From assembly GCA_964016885.1 (NCBI GenBank), contig OZ024740.1, forward strand, positions 209,126,001 to 209,190,000: a DNA stretch of 64,000 bases, given 5' to 3'. Positions within the stretch are counted from its first letter, which is position 1. Each line of letters begins with the position of its first letter. Shown here one piece after another: positions 40,242-53,423 of the stretch. The notes beneath the pieces were generated by a model. That model saw only the letters and a program-made list of their open reading frames with translations. It did not search any database and was not told where the DNA came from. The position numbers were made by a program, and so were the translations under genes. Origin of the DNA: Eledone cirrhosa (taxonomy: Eukaryota).

Positions 40242-40410
40242 CTAAGCAAAAAAGAGGCAGTGAATTCAAGGTTTTAGCTTGATCATTTCATTTGGCAACC
40301 AGATGAAGTGATCAAGCTAAAACCTTGAATTCACTACAACTTTTTTGCTTAGAATATATATTTCTACACTCTACTTTTCCGTACTGAGTGCTCAATTTAC
40401 ACACATTTCA
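40242..40410 (+). mobile_element. Short palindromic element (40242-40352) with degenerate hammerhead-like core and tail
   Basis: 54-bp arms, 3-nt loop. CAGATGA-N12-AAAAC. Preceded by (TA)n; tail ctctact...gtactgagtgct. Confidence 0.72.
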
Positions 40411-40535
40411 TTAGTCCAATAAAGAATGAAAGACAGTTGATTCCTTTAGAATTAGATCATTAGACCCAAATAATATACTGTAACCAGTAGGAAATATATG
40501 TTGTTTAGACAAACAGATGTAAACATTATTAAGAT

Positions 40536-40722
40536 GGATTGGCAGTATCGGTAGAGGGTCGGACGCCATGCTTTGACGCATAGAGTTACGGCCCTTGCCA
40601 TTCTGAGTTCAAATCCCGCCGAGGTTAACTTTGTCTTTCATCCTTACGGGGTCGATAAAATAAAGTACCAGTAATGTACTGGGTAATTGCTGGCCTTGTG
40701 CCAAAAAGTAGAAACAGTTATT
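40536..40722 (+). mobile_element. Full-length young tRNA-derived SINE with a Meta/Nin-like central domain
   Basis: A box TGGCAGTATCGG, B box GAGTTCAAATCC, core ctttcatccttacggggtcgataaa, TSD ttattaagat. Confidence 0.9.
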
Positions 40723-41447
40723 AAGATTTAGGTAGAAATAATAGAACGTATTTTCACTTCTTAACTGAAATTATAAATGAAGTCACCTTTATTACTCAAT
40801 CAAAAACACGTTAGAACGAACATAAAAGTGGGAACATATAGCTATAAAAAAAATTTTGTTTTGTTCAGTGATGAAAGACAATTCACTAACTGAACTATTA
40901 CAGCACAAGGGAGATAACCTACACTAAATATAGAGTTGGAAATAGATCTTAGATATGGGTATATTTACGTAATAGATAGAGAAGGAATGGTACCAGAGCT
41001 GTCTATATCATCTTCAATGTCATAAGAATGAAACAACATGTTACACTTGCATATAAGAACTTCTAAACAAACAATATTTTAATTTGAAAATTGAATTAGA
41101 ATCTTTTGCCATATTTTGATTACAGATAATAGTCTAACAAGGCATATACGACCCAATAGCTGAAAAAAAATGGCCAGGGTGGTGTAATCAGTTTATCACC
41201 TATCCAGACAATAAGAAATATGGGTTCGATTCCCATGTGTGCCGATGCCAATTTTTTTCTATTATGATGGCTTATATGCCATGCTGTTAGACTATTTTCT
41301 GTAGTTAAAATATAATCGTCTAATTCCATTTTCGATCACCTCCATATTTTAAACACACATGCTCATTTACATAAATATTTTAATGTTTACTAATTTAAAT
41401 ATATTTACTTTTAGTTTCAATTATTCCATGTTTTCTTTTCTTTTCAG

Positions 41448-41508
41448 AGCTCTTGGATTTGGTGCAACAAGAGGTCGATTATATATAAAACATCCAGAGT
41501 TATTCAAA
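41448..41508 (+). CDS. DNTTIP1: DNTTIP1 exon ALGFGATRGRLYIKHPELFK (C-terminal DNA-binding domain)
   Basis: tttcag| ... |gtaagt. Resembles human ALGMGGTRGRIYIKHPHLFK (recalled). Confidence 0.96.
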
Positions 41509-43084
41509 GTAAGTCTTCATTGATTCACTCTATATTCAGGAATATTTGTAGAATGTATTCTTGATTTCTACCATTAAGGTTGTTTTGTGGCTCACACCTT
41601 CATAGGTTTAGCTGGATTTCTATGAAAAGTTCACTTTACAACCACATGTTAACCAATGTCATAAGTGAATTTGGTGTAGAAACTGTATGAAGCCTTTTGT
41701 AAACGGTGCAATGATAAAATGCACCCAGCCCACTCTGTAAAGAGTAGTGTTGGTGCTAAGAATAAGAGCACCCAGTCCACTCTGTAAAGTTGTAGGGATA
41801 GTGCTATGATAAAAAGCACCCAAATCAGTACTGTAAGGTAATGGTTTTGGTGCCTCAACGAAAATCACCAAGTCAACCCTGTAACATGGTAGTGCTGGAG
41901 TCATAATAAAATGTTCCCAATACATGTTGTAAAGTGATTGGGATTGGGAAGGGTTATCCAGCTATAGAAACCAAGCCAAAAATGACAACCTATCTAACCT
42001 ATGCAAGCATGGATAATAGATGTTAAATAGTGATAATGATGTTGTGTTTGTTTGTCTTTGGTATTGCTACTACAGGTGATGGTGTTTGTTTACATTTTAC
42101 ACTAACAGAAGCCTGTTGGTTCAGAAGTTAGATGGGTAAAAATCCATATACTACTTTAAAAAAAATAGATATGAAGGTTAGCATCAAAAAAGGCATCCAA
42201 CTGTAGAATTCTACCTGAAAGTCTCATCCAATCCATGTCAATATAGAAAAATGGATGTAAAACCAACAATATTTATAAGTTTGATTAGATGATGCTGAAA
42301 TATTTATTAAAGTATTGTGACCGTCTAACCCATGCTAGCGTGGAAGAACGGACGTAAAACGGTGATGATGATGTGGTTATCTAAATCATCCAGAAGTGCA
42401 GACTCCGCATTATTTGCCAGCCAGGGAGATTATGAGATACTGAGTATTCAAGGGAGATTTTCAAGGTTCAAGGAAAAAGAAGCAGACCACTGAAGGGATG
42501 TTAAGACAATATTTTGGAGGACTGCTTTTGATTTGTGAACAACTGATGTAAAATTGGGTCTATTGAAGGCAACATTGACCAGCAAAGGAGCTGATCATCA
42601 CCATTATCATAAATATAATTTTTATGTAAATAAGGTGGCAAATTGGCAGAGTCAGAGTGTTTAATTAATTACATCAGAGTGTTTAGTCCAGATCTCTGTG
42701 TTCTGAGGTCAAATCACTCTAAGGCCAATTTATCCTTTCATCCTTTCAGGATTGATGAATAAAGTACTAACCAATCCAGGGCAATGCATTGACAGATTTG
42801 TTAGAGTGTTGGATGTACTGCTTTGTGTTATCTCTCTCAGTTCTTTGTGTTTTGAGTTTATTGGTTACATTACTGGTATCAAGCTGTATCAGCCTTTCCC
42901 TTGGTTGTCATTAGTGGCACTGGAGAGGGGAGACTTGCCTGCATGAGGGAATACTGGTCTTCCACAATAGACTTTGTCCAGGCTTTCACCTTGGAGAAGA
43001 ATTTTCCAAGTGCAGACCCGTGGTCTCACACAATTCTGCCCCAATTGTTTCTGTTTGAAGTAATATATTTTCTTTTTATTACAG

Positions 43085-43209
43085 TATTCTGGAGATCAAG
43101 ATGATAAACAGTGGTTATTTGATAACAACCATATGCCTGCTATCGGAGGAAAAGCCTATATATTGTTATATAATGACATCGAAAGCCTTGCTAATACTGA
43201 TGAATATCG
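43085..43209 (+). CDS. DNTTIP1: DNTTIP1 exon YSGDQDDKQWLFDNNHMPAIGGKAYILLYNDIESLANTDEY(R)
   Basis: ttacag| ... |gtaagt. Resembles human YAADPQDKHWLAEQHHMRATGGKMAYLLIEEDI (recalled). Confidence 0.95.
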
Positions 43210-44348
43210 GTAAGTTGAGATTATTTATTAGAAGTTAAAATGAAACAATAATTGATGGTCTACAAGGTTTGCTTTGAAACAAGGCAACCTCTCTAGTATT
43301 GGTGTCACTATGAAATATATTTACTATTCTGAATAAAGTGGTTGACATTCAAACGTTTACAACATAAGGTAGGGAGGACTCTTCAGTCGCATCAAGGACA
43401 TGACAACCTCTACAGTGTTTTACCAGTTGACATTAGGAAAGACATCCTGCTAGAAAAACCATGCTAAAAAAGTAGTGAGGAGTCTTCTGTCATGTCCAGG
43501 ACATGACAACCTTTGCTAATGCTGGTATCACAATAAAATTTACCCAATACACTCTGTAAGGTGGTTGGCATTAGGAAGGACATCCAGCCATAGAAACCAT
43601 GCTGTATTGAGCAAGATATGGCCTCTTGATCTGTTTAGGAGGTCAATAGCTCCAATTAAGTCCTGAGTTTGTAACAACTTGTCAAACCCATGCCAGCTTT
43701 GAAAAAAATAGATAGGAAATGATGATGACGATGATAAAGATAAACATTATCTTCACTAATTTTGAATTTTCTTTTGATCATTTTAATTCTTTAAAGAGTT
43801 AAAGTTTAACTCTTTAAATACAAAACAAAATGTACTGGTACAAATTTCACTTAGAAGGTACTGGTCAACACAAGGTTATGATAAAAGATAATTGCCCAAA
43901 GTGTGGTTTTATTACTTATTTTCACTGAAACACACAAAGTTTTGTTTGAAATTTTGGAAATGTGATTCTGGAATTCAATTTGCTTCCCTTAGAAATACAA
44001 AAATAAAAATGCTGGGGGAGATTTAATCCTTTTGTCACCAGATTTCTGATGAAAAATACTGCCTATGATTTTGAATTAATTCTGAAAATAATCAAGAACT
44101 TGGAGTGACATAGTAATAATCTTTCTTGTTATTTATCTGTTTTTTTAAGCATATTACAAAGCAAATATCTTTACATCATAAAACCAGCGTCAGTTTTGGT
44201 ATTAAAAGTGTTATACAAACGTTTGTTTTGTTTTTTGTGTGTATTTTTTGGCTAATTTTATTCTGTATTTAAAGCAAGTTACTATAAGCTTTGTGTAAAT
44301 TCAACTAATGTTTAAACAATTTGACAAATGCCAATTTTTAATTTACAG

Positions 44349-44601
44349 GGAAAACCCAAATGTGATACTCAGTGAATTGGTGCTGTTCAAGGTTCCTCTT
44401 TGGATGTTAGAAAAGATGAAAAGGCAGATGAGTGCTCTACGTACAGATCTTCCTAAAACCAAAGCTCCAAGCTTAAACAATATACATTCCAACGATACAA
44501 TTATTTCATTGGCTAAAGAAGTGCAACCAGCAGTTGTTCAGGTAAATTACCAAGCTTATAAATTTTATCTAACACTATCTAAACTATATTTACTGTTATA
44601 A
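44349..44601 (+). CDS. DNTTIP1: DNTTIP1 last recognisable exon ENPNVILSELVLFKVPLWMLEKMKRQMSALRTD...; ends at TAA 44601 or splices at CAG|gtaaat (44541)
   Basis: ttacag| acceptor, phase 2. Resembles human FVLPSWMVEKMRKYMETLRT (recalled). 3' end ambiguous. Confidence 0.88.
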
Positions 44602-45099
44602 GTAGTAAAATAACATTAAACCTATATTTATAAACAATCATATCCAAATTATGGGTGTTTATTACAAAGTAGTTTCTGCAGTTAAACCTTTCTTAATTAG
44701 TGCTAGTCAAAGTTAAAATAGGTTAGTTAAAGAATGTAGCTCTCAATATTGACCAGTGGTTAGTGACATCTTGGTAAGAGATAGTCAGACTCAGAGTCAC
44801 ACAATAAATTGGAGAACAATGGTATAGAAGCTGAAAAATCCTTCAACTAGATATAGGTTCAAAAAAGTACTAAATGACGTGCATGACAAAGAGAAAGAGA
44901 TGACGACATATAAAACCTAGATGACATCATCGTCGTTTTTACATCTATTTTTCCATGTTTGCATGGTTTGGACAGTTGGGAGTTTCTGCGAGACAACCTA
45001 CAAACGAGAACTGTAGTTGACGCAAATTCCTAGTTATACGAAAGGTATGGTAGTGGTCAGGTCAGGCTTTTGTCTGCTACAGGTACCATGTAACCCAGT

Positions 45100-46660
45100 A
45101 AACCTAACTCATGTGGTTGGCGACTAAACCAGCTCCCTCCATCATGACCCTGGTCTGGTAAGGCTGGTAGGTGAACCTCCAGCAGCATAAAAAATGAGTT
45201 GTAAAAGGTGAATGAACTCTTCAGAGTCAATGACGATCTACCCCAATTATGAGTTAAATTGCCTCACCAACCTGCAATTGGCAATGCATAGTGAGTAAGG
45301 CTACACCCCTGACATGACCAAAACTAAAAAGAAAATGGTGAAGATCAACCAGGAAGGGGTTCTTCCAAAAGGAGTCAGGAGGCTCTGTATTGGATTGGAT
45401 CATGGTCATGGAATAGTACAGTAAATAGAGCCATGGAAGCTAATAGATAAGTTTGGAAGGATTGAAAGAAAGATATAAACAAGGACTATATCAGCTAGCT
45501 AAGAGAGAAACTAAACATCAGGTATATCCAACAGAGGGACAAGCTACTGAAGTTGACAGCTATACAATCAAACATGTAGTTATGGATATGAAAACAGGGA
45601 TAGACATTGTGATGCTAAAAATATCTGGTAAAGTAGGTATATGCTAATCAGCATGTGTCAGACCCAATGACCAGCATAACAGAGTGATCACCAACTGCTA
45701 CAGGGGAAATGGAGGTTCTCTAAAATATAATAACTACAGAAACATCAAACTGAAGAATCAAGTTTTCATAGTGGAATCTGATGAAGATTTAGCAAAGAAC
45801 TTCCAAACATAAAAGCAAAATCTAGAATCAAGAGGCCTCAACATTTTTAGTCAGTGAGAAAGAAGACAGGACCCTGATATCATCTAGGAAGTGGCCATAT
45901 GCTTGTTTTACAGAAAAGAAAGTAGGTAAAAATTCTATACTGTGTGTGCAATGTAAACTATGGATACACAAGAGATGTAGTGGGATCACAGTGAAGCTGA
46001 CAAAGAAGTCTTCCTGTATAGCAGATGTGCAAAAATAGTTAACAGTAAAAATGACTATAAAATAAACTTTTTTAAATGCTTGGAAGGTTCTCTAGAAGTA
46101 GTTGATACCTTTTGTTGCCTATGTGACCTAATTAACAGAAGGAAATGTCCCAAAAAGATACTAGCTAGAATAAAAATGGGATAGGGTAAGTTAAGAGTGC
46201 TATTAGCTCTTGACAAAAAAGGGATTCTCACTCAGAGTGAAAAGTAGATTGTATGATGATTGTGCATGAAGTGCAATGTTGCATGGTAGCAAGATATAGA
46301 TACAGAATGCAGAGGATGCATGATGGTTGGAAAGAAATAAGGCGAGCATGCTTCACTGGTTGCATAATGTTAGTGTGCATGAATGATAGAGCACCAATGA
46401 GAAAATCTGGCTTTAAGAACAACTTTAGTGTGCAAGAGAGAAGTCTGTGTTAGTCCAGACATTATGTGTATGAAGGCTGATATTTGGGTAAAGAAGTGCC
46501 AAGCAGCCTGTGGAAGAGGAAAACATAGGAAGAAGAGATGTCAAATGGTTAAACCTTATGTAGGAGGTAGCAGAGGACTGCAACAAATAGTGAGAAACCT
46601 ATCCAACCCATGCAAGCTTAGTAAAACAGACACAGAAGTGATGATGAAGAGGATGATGAC
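45100..46660 (+). mobile_element. Internally deleted, decayed RTE (5'UTR-like start through 3' tail)
   Basis: [25 protein letters not shown] and FSLRVK.RL remnants; tail acccatgcaagc...gatgatg. Confidence 0.75.
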
Positions 46661-46762
46661 TTTCAAGTTCACATGATTAACAAATCCATACTATATTCTA
46701 TAAAAATAATGAACAGATGCAGTTATATTAAATCATTACATACACACTCACACACACATGTA

Positions 46763-46940
46763 TAGGTGCAGGCATGGCAGTATGGTAAAGAAATTTACTT
46801 CACATCCACATGGTTCCTAGTTTAAAGCTATTGCATGGTACCTTAGGCAAGTGTCTTCTATTACAGCCTTGGGTTGACTAGACTAATACCTTGTGTGTAG
46901 AATTTGATAGTCTGAAACTACGCAGAAGTCTGTCCTGTAT
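46763..46940 (+). mobile_element. Third, older SINE family (also ~3860-4025, ~9960-10120, ~51235-51390)
   Basis: gcaggcatggc..tggtaa...ggcaagtgtcttcta.tacagcc...ccttgtg...gaatttg.tag..gaaact, ending in (TG)n/(TA)n. Confidence 0.75.
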
Positions 46941-49106
46941 GTGTGTGTGTGTATCTGTCAGTCTTTATGTTGCATCCCATTTATAGTGCTTAAATATATA
47001 AAGATAAGTACTAGTGGTGGTATGATATTAATTGAAACATTTGAAAATGTTTCCCTAGCTTGGTCACAATTCAGTGACTGAAACTATTATAAGAAAACAA
47101 AGTAAAAGAATGTGTACACATGCACATCAGTTTACTTCTTGGTATATCTGTGATTGTATATAATGATACAGAGAAGGATGAAGATGATTGAGGTACAGGG
47201 GGTCAATAATTTTGTTCAAAGTGAAGTGACTGGATATTATGTGGTAGATCACCCTTTTTAGTACCACCACCTGGCCTTTGGGTACTTTTAGTGGAGTCAA
47301 CTCTATTGCAAGCATTCAGGCAAGGTACTTTCCATCCTCCCTCTCACCAATCTTAGATGCACTGAAAAAGGTCATAAGCCCTACCCTGCCATTCCCAGTA
47401 AACAATAAAAGATTAAAGTAAAGTGGTACATACAGTAATCTATCTCATAAATAATGTCAATACAGCCTGATAATCTGTTGTAACTCTTTTGATTCCAATC
47501 CACCTGCAACTGCCTATAGTTTTATGATATAAATCATAAAGTATTCATATTTAGATTAAGATTTTCCATCATAATTTTAACTAGGAGCCTTTTGATATGA
47601 TCTAAACACCATCTTAATTATAAAAAGTTCCCCATTTCTAGTAAATCTTTCCAAATTCTTGTTTATTTCCAAAATTCATTATAACACATGGATAATGTAG
47701 TTAATTTAAAACCAGCTAAAAAGTTGCCATATTTCTACAGATATACTTCATGAGCATAATTTCAGTACATTTTGTCTTTTCATTAATTTTTCTTAGAAAT
47801 GAAAATTTGTGAGATCAGTAATAGTTTAAGAATATATAGAAGCAATTATATTGGATATATTGACCACAATGTAGTGTAGCGTAGAAATATGGATTAATGT
47901 GATCCAATGAAATTGTGAAGGTTCATAGATTCGATTCCTTGACGTTGTATCCTTGTCCTTGAGCAAGATTCTTCATTTCACATTGCCTCAGTCCACTCAG
48001 CTAAAAAAGGGCCAGTGTTCAGATGATGGAGGTGTCTTATACTCTCAATTGCTTAACACTAATAAAACCAGGAAAAACACTGGCTTGGTGAGTCCTTGGA
48101 CTTGGGACAGACTTAACTATAGCAATGAAATTTTAATAACTATTTTAAAGTATAAGTATGTTACTCTATACACTATGCTATGGGTAACATTAATATAATG
48201 TATAGCTTGGAATATATTTAGCTGCAACCGACAAGAGATTTGAAATCCAAAATTTAGCAAAATAAATGCATCTGGCGAATGAAGTATTATAATTTTTGGA
48301 TTGTTATAGGCCTGGTGCCACCAAAATGTCACTAACTTTGAGTAACTTCTATCATCATCATCATCATTTTACATCCCTTTTCCATGTTGGCATGGATTAG
48401 ATGGGTTGTCATAGTCTGAAACTAGACAGGTCAGCACCATGTCTTGCTCATATGCTCCATTTTGAGGGTGGTTTCTATGGCTGGATGCCCTTACTAATGC
48501 CGACCACTTTATAGAGCATACTGGATACATTTTGGTTGTGTTGGTGACATGATAAAAAGTGCCCAGTCCACACTATAAAGTGATCGTGTTGATGACGTAA
48601 TAAAAAGTGCCCGGTCCATACTGTAAAGTGGTCGTGTTGGTGCCACGATAAAAGGCACCCAGTCCACGCTGTAAATGTGGTTGGTGTTAGGAAGGGCATC
48701 CAGCCATAGAAACCAAGCCCCAAACAGTTCTGTATGAGCAAGACATGGTCATCTGATCTCATCTAACCCATACTAGTGTGGAAAAATGGACTTTAAATGG
48801 TGATTCATCAGATGATGCATCAGATTCACGATATAGTAGATATAATTATTCATCCAAATAACAATATATTTTTGTGGAAATCACCTTCTTCCGAGTCTGT
48901 GTGAATTAAATAACATCAAGCATTTATTTATACTTTGACTCTAACATCAGGGCACAGTTGTGATCCCAAATCTCTTCAACAACCATTCATGTGGTAGATA
49001 AAGTTATTTTATGAAACAAGTGATGAGTCAGCAGATTTTTGTGTAGTCACAATCTTTAGCTTCCCACCTATATGGAAATAGTCGAGTTGAATTGTCCTTT
49101 GTCAAG

Positions 49107-49283
49107 ATGAGGTAATAATTGTTTCTACTTTTGGCACAAGGCCAGCAATTACCCAGTGCATTACTGGTACTTTATTCTATCGACCCCGGAAGGATGAAAG
49201 GCAAAGTTAACCTCAGCGGGATTTGAACTCCGAGGTTAACTTTGCCTTTCATCCTTCCGGGGTCGATAGAATGAGGTAATAAT
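49107..49283 (-). mobile_element. SINE copy with a fold-back inverted segment
   Basis: Minus-strand 3' half, then inverted core 49231-49270; TSD atgaggtaataat. Confidence 0.88.
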
Positions 49284-49430
49284 AGTAGTAATTCCTCTTG
49301 AATTCTGTTTCATTCAACAAAGTATGTTGGTATATTGTTTAAATATGGTTTTAAAACATTAAAGAACTAATTAGAAGCTCCATCTTCCAAAAATACTGAT
49401 GACAATAATAATAGAAAGTTCAAAGTTTCA

Positions 49431-49656
49431 TTAACCCTTTAGCATTTACCTTACTCTATATTTAATATTGTATTTTCATAGTAAAGGCTTTATCCTACAT
49501 AATTATCTCACATAATATCGAATCGAAATTTTGATGTTTTTTATTTTGAGATCAATACCTTAATGTAGGTATGAGCAGCCAGTTACAGCCGGTTTGAACA
49601 GAAAGAGGTGAGAAAGTTCTGGCCGAATATAACCGGTTTAAATGCTAAAGGGTTAA
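49431..49656. mobile_element. piggyBac-type MITE (TTAA TSD, CCCTTTAGCATTTA TIR)
   Basis: TTAA-CCCTTTAGCATTTA ... TAAATGCTAAAGGG-TTAA. Related copies at 33506-33683, 29036-29270, 25007-25207 and ~2124-2290. Confidence 0.88.
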
Positions 49657-51673
49657 ATTAATAATACCATCCTGCTCATTAGGTAAATAAAATTATTGAT
49701 TCTTCATTGTTTTGTTCATTGAAGTATTCCTGTGTGGTATAGGAGATGACTAAACTGGTTGACACCAGGAAGGGCATACAGCTATAAAACATTGTCTTAA
49801 AAAGTATTCCATTGACAGACATGAGGCCTGTTGTGGGCCCTGCAAGGTTTATCCCCTGTTTTTTAGCAGGGAAATGGATCCTTAAAATTTGGCTTGTTGT
49901 GTTGATGTATTGTCCATTGAAGTATTCCATGTAAATTGTAAAGAAACCATCATGATTTGGTTTCTACTATGAAGTCTCTTCTATATTATAGTCCTCCAGT
50001 TCCACTGAAGTCCACGCAAGCAAACTTCCATTTACAAGATTTTTATATGATGATAGCATTAAACCTGTTTGTGAGGTAAATTTACTTATATATGTGTTTA
50101 TATGTGTAAAAAAAAAATTGAAGCATTTTGGATGAACATGTATTGAAAGCTCCATAATGCTCACAATGTTATTCAATAATAATGCTTTCTGGTTAATTCT
50201 CTGTACAGTTTTAATGGATATAAACAACAGCAATCTTACCATTGTCGGAGTGGCTAAGTGGGTCAGTGATTCTCCTAAATCACACATTCAAAAAAATTAA
50301 TCTCAAATTGATATTACAAAACTAAAATAATATGGTTGTTGCTGGTGTTTCACTCTTAAGCTGGAGAGTTATATAAGTAGTTCCAAACATCAGGATTAAC
50401 AGTTATAATATTGTTAGCAGAATAAATACATCATCATCATCATCATATGTTGTTGTTCATAATGGTGGTGCTTCAGTTGAGATTGTTGGTATCCTTTGCT
50501 GTTGTTGTTGTTGTTCTTGTTCTTGATGCTGTTACTACCTCAATTGTTATTGTGTGAATCATTTGTTGTTATTCTTGGCGGTGTTGTGACATCATCATCA
50601 TCATCATAGTTATCATTATTATTAGAAGTGAATTGTTTGTGGATCTTGTGCTAAAGTTAGAAATCATTAAAGGCAGCAGTTTGACAGATCCATTAGAATG
50701 GTAAACAAAATGTCTTCTCATATTTAGTTATATTCCTTTACATTCATTGTAAAGGGGTGGGGGATATGTTTTTCATCTTTCCAGGGTTGATATGAGATAA
50801 GTACTGATTAAATATTTGGTATGATCCAATTCACTTTTCTCTTTTCTCCAAAATGACCTTGTTGAAAATTAAAATTATTATTATTATTATTTAATTCCAT
50901 TGGGAACAACAAAGACATTATCCATTTAAATACCAAGCCCCCTCCCAACTACCCCTGATTCTACAATAAAACATATTTTGTTTTAAAGTGTTTATATTTT
51001 TATAAAAACTGCCCATCATAATTTTATGTAAAAAAACCTTTGTTATATTATGTTCCAAGCACCAACTTAAGAAAGTTATATTACTGAATCCTCACTCCAC
51101 CCCCCAAATTCTTGATCATTTTCCAAAATTATTTAACAATAAGCAGTGTATCTTTCATTAGAAATATAATGATGAAAGAGTTGAAGTGGAGGGTGTTGAT
51201 AATAGCATATATTATTATATAAATCAAAAGTGAATATAGCATGGTTGCCATTAGAAAGTTCATTTTGCAACTACATGGTCATAGATTCTGTCCCATGACT
51301 CAACATTTTGGACAAGTGTCTTCTACCATAGCCACAGGCAAATCAATGTCTTATGAAAGAATTTGGTAGATATAAATTGAGAAAGTCAATCACACACACC
51401 TACATATATATATATAGGTCAGACAACATCTCTAATGCTGGTGGTACAAATAATGTACCAAGTCCATGCTGTAAAGTGGTTGGTAATAAGAAGGGCATCC
51501 AGCCAGTAAAACCTTGCCAAAATATGAAAAGTATAACATAAGTCTCTCACCAATAGCTTATACTGGAAGAATGTGACGAATGGAGAGATGCTGTACTGAA
51601 AAAGACCTGTCTAAACCACGCAAGCATGGAACACCAGACATAAAATGATATATACACATATATATATATATAT

Positions 51674-52615
51674 ATAAATCAGGAAAGAAGAATGACACGG
51701 TTTGCTATACAAAACAGGTTTTTAATCTCATTGCTGACAATTGTTTCTCTGAACTGGTAGGTCTAGAGATCGCTACCCACTTGTTTTCAGGTCATTTGAT
51801 CACCAATACATAGTTATAACCAGTCAATTCATCAGAGCTTGTGAGAATAAAAGGAATATACAGGCATGGCTTCTATATATAGTAATGGCATTCAATCAGA
51901 ACAATAACAATAATACTAACAATGCTAGCAATAAATTATTTGAAATAATCACAACATCAATCTAAGTAAGAAACATAGTATATCTACGACTTTAGCGTGT
52001 AAAACTAGCTGACATGAGGCAGATGTATGAAATTGACATGTAAAAGCTGTCATGGGGTGCATTATATATAGTGTAGAGATAAGCCTTTACATGTCAATTT
52101 TATACATCTGCCTCATATCAGCTCATTTTACACGCTAAAGTCGTAGATATACTATGTTTCTTACTTAGATTGATGTTGTGATTATTTCAAATAATTTATT
52201 GCTAGCATTGTTGTTATTGTTCTGATTGAATGCCATTACTATATATAGAAGCCATGCCTGTATATTCCTTTCATTCTCACAAGTTCCGATGAATTGACTG
52301 GTTATAACTATGTATTGGTGATCGATTGACGCAGAAACAGGTGGGTAGCGATCTCTAGACCTACCAGTTCAGAGAAACAATTGTCAGCAATGAGATTAAA
52401 AACCTTTTTTGTATAGCAAACCGTGTCACTCTTCTTTCCTGATTTATCATTACTCCAAGTGTTAACAACATGGAAATCACTGCGAACTCGCAGCATCACT
52501 ATGGAAACGCCTTGTTGAGTTAAACTTAGCCAAGCATTGATATCGTCCACTACTCGGAGTACCCTAACTGGACTACACCTAAGTGGACTACCTATAACAA
52601 TAATCTGTTACCCCG
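51674..52615 (+). mobile_element. Palindromic Penelope pLTR-type insertion (arms 51674-52048 / 52082-52447, tail to ~52615) in (TA)n
   Basis: ~370-bp arms readable as reverse complements, with scattered mismatches and one indel. Contains a hammerhead motif; TA repeats on both flanks. Confidence 0.85.
51727..51845 (-). ncRNA. Type I hammerhead ribozyme with 81-nt stem II
   Basis: CUCACAAGCU-CUGAUGA-(UGACUGGU...ACCAGUUCA)-GAAAC-AAUU-GUC-AGCAAUGAG. Intact core, GUC triplet, palindromic loop III. Confidence 0.75.
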
Positions 52616-52627
52616 TATATATATATA

Positions 52628-52790
52628 TAGAAGTAGTTCTACAACAGTTAGTAAACAATTTCTGAGGACAATTTGTTTCACCTTGGATCATCAGCCTGGT
52701 TAAGGTGAAACAAATTGTCCTCAGAAATAGTTAACTAACTGTTGTAGAACTACTTCTACTAAACTTGTCCTTTGGACTGAGTGCTCTACT
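52628..52790 (+). mobile_element. Short palindromic element (52628-52758) with minimal hammerhead core and tail
   Basis: ~57-bp arms. Minus strand reads CTGATGA-TCCAAGGT-GAAAC-AAATT-GTC. Preceded by (TA)n. Confidence 0.78.
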
Positions 52791-53367
52791 ACTGCGGATA
52801 TAACGCAAGAGTCTTATATACCCCATCACTTATAGTAATATCCTGAAGTGGCTGTTGCACTATGGGTAAAGACCCCCTTCCATCACCAATGACCATGGGA
52901 TTTGCACCTAGAAAGTTCCCCTCAAAGGCAAGGTTGTTTGTGGAAGACAAGTAGTCTCCCAATGCATACCAGTTTCCTCCCTCCACCGATGGTGTCCAAG
53001 GGAAAGGCAATGGCCAATACAGCTTGGCATCAATGATGTCGCAACTAACTTTTAATGCTGAGTGAACTGGAGCAATGTGAAATAAAGGGTCTTGCTCAAG
53101 AACATTATGCAAAGTCTGGTCCAAGAATCGAACTCACAACCTTGCGATTGTAAGCCTGTCGCTCTAACTAACCCATGCGCCTTCACACACACACGTGTGT
53201 GTGTATATGTATGTATATATGTGTATGTATGTATGTATGTATATATATGTATGTGTATATATATATATATATGTATGTATATATATATGTATGTATATGT
53301 ATATATGTATGTATATATATGTATATATGTATGTATATATATGTATATATGTATGTATATATATGTA

Positions 53368-53412
<45 letters not shown>

Positions 53413-53423
53413 GTATGTATGTA

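Noticed and set aside
40536-40620. tRNA gene candidates (A/B boxes), also at 36852 and 61255
   Set aside because: No complete cloverleaf; they continue into SINE bodies, and the 40536 copy has a TSD.
47797-47802. Possible terminal DNTTIP1 micro-exon (ttcttag|AAA TGA)
   Set aside because: Phase-compatible with the 44541 donor, but indistinguishable from chance without transcript data.
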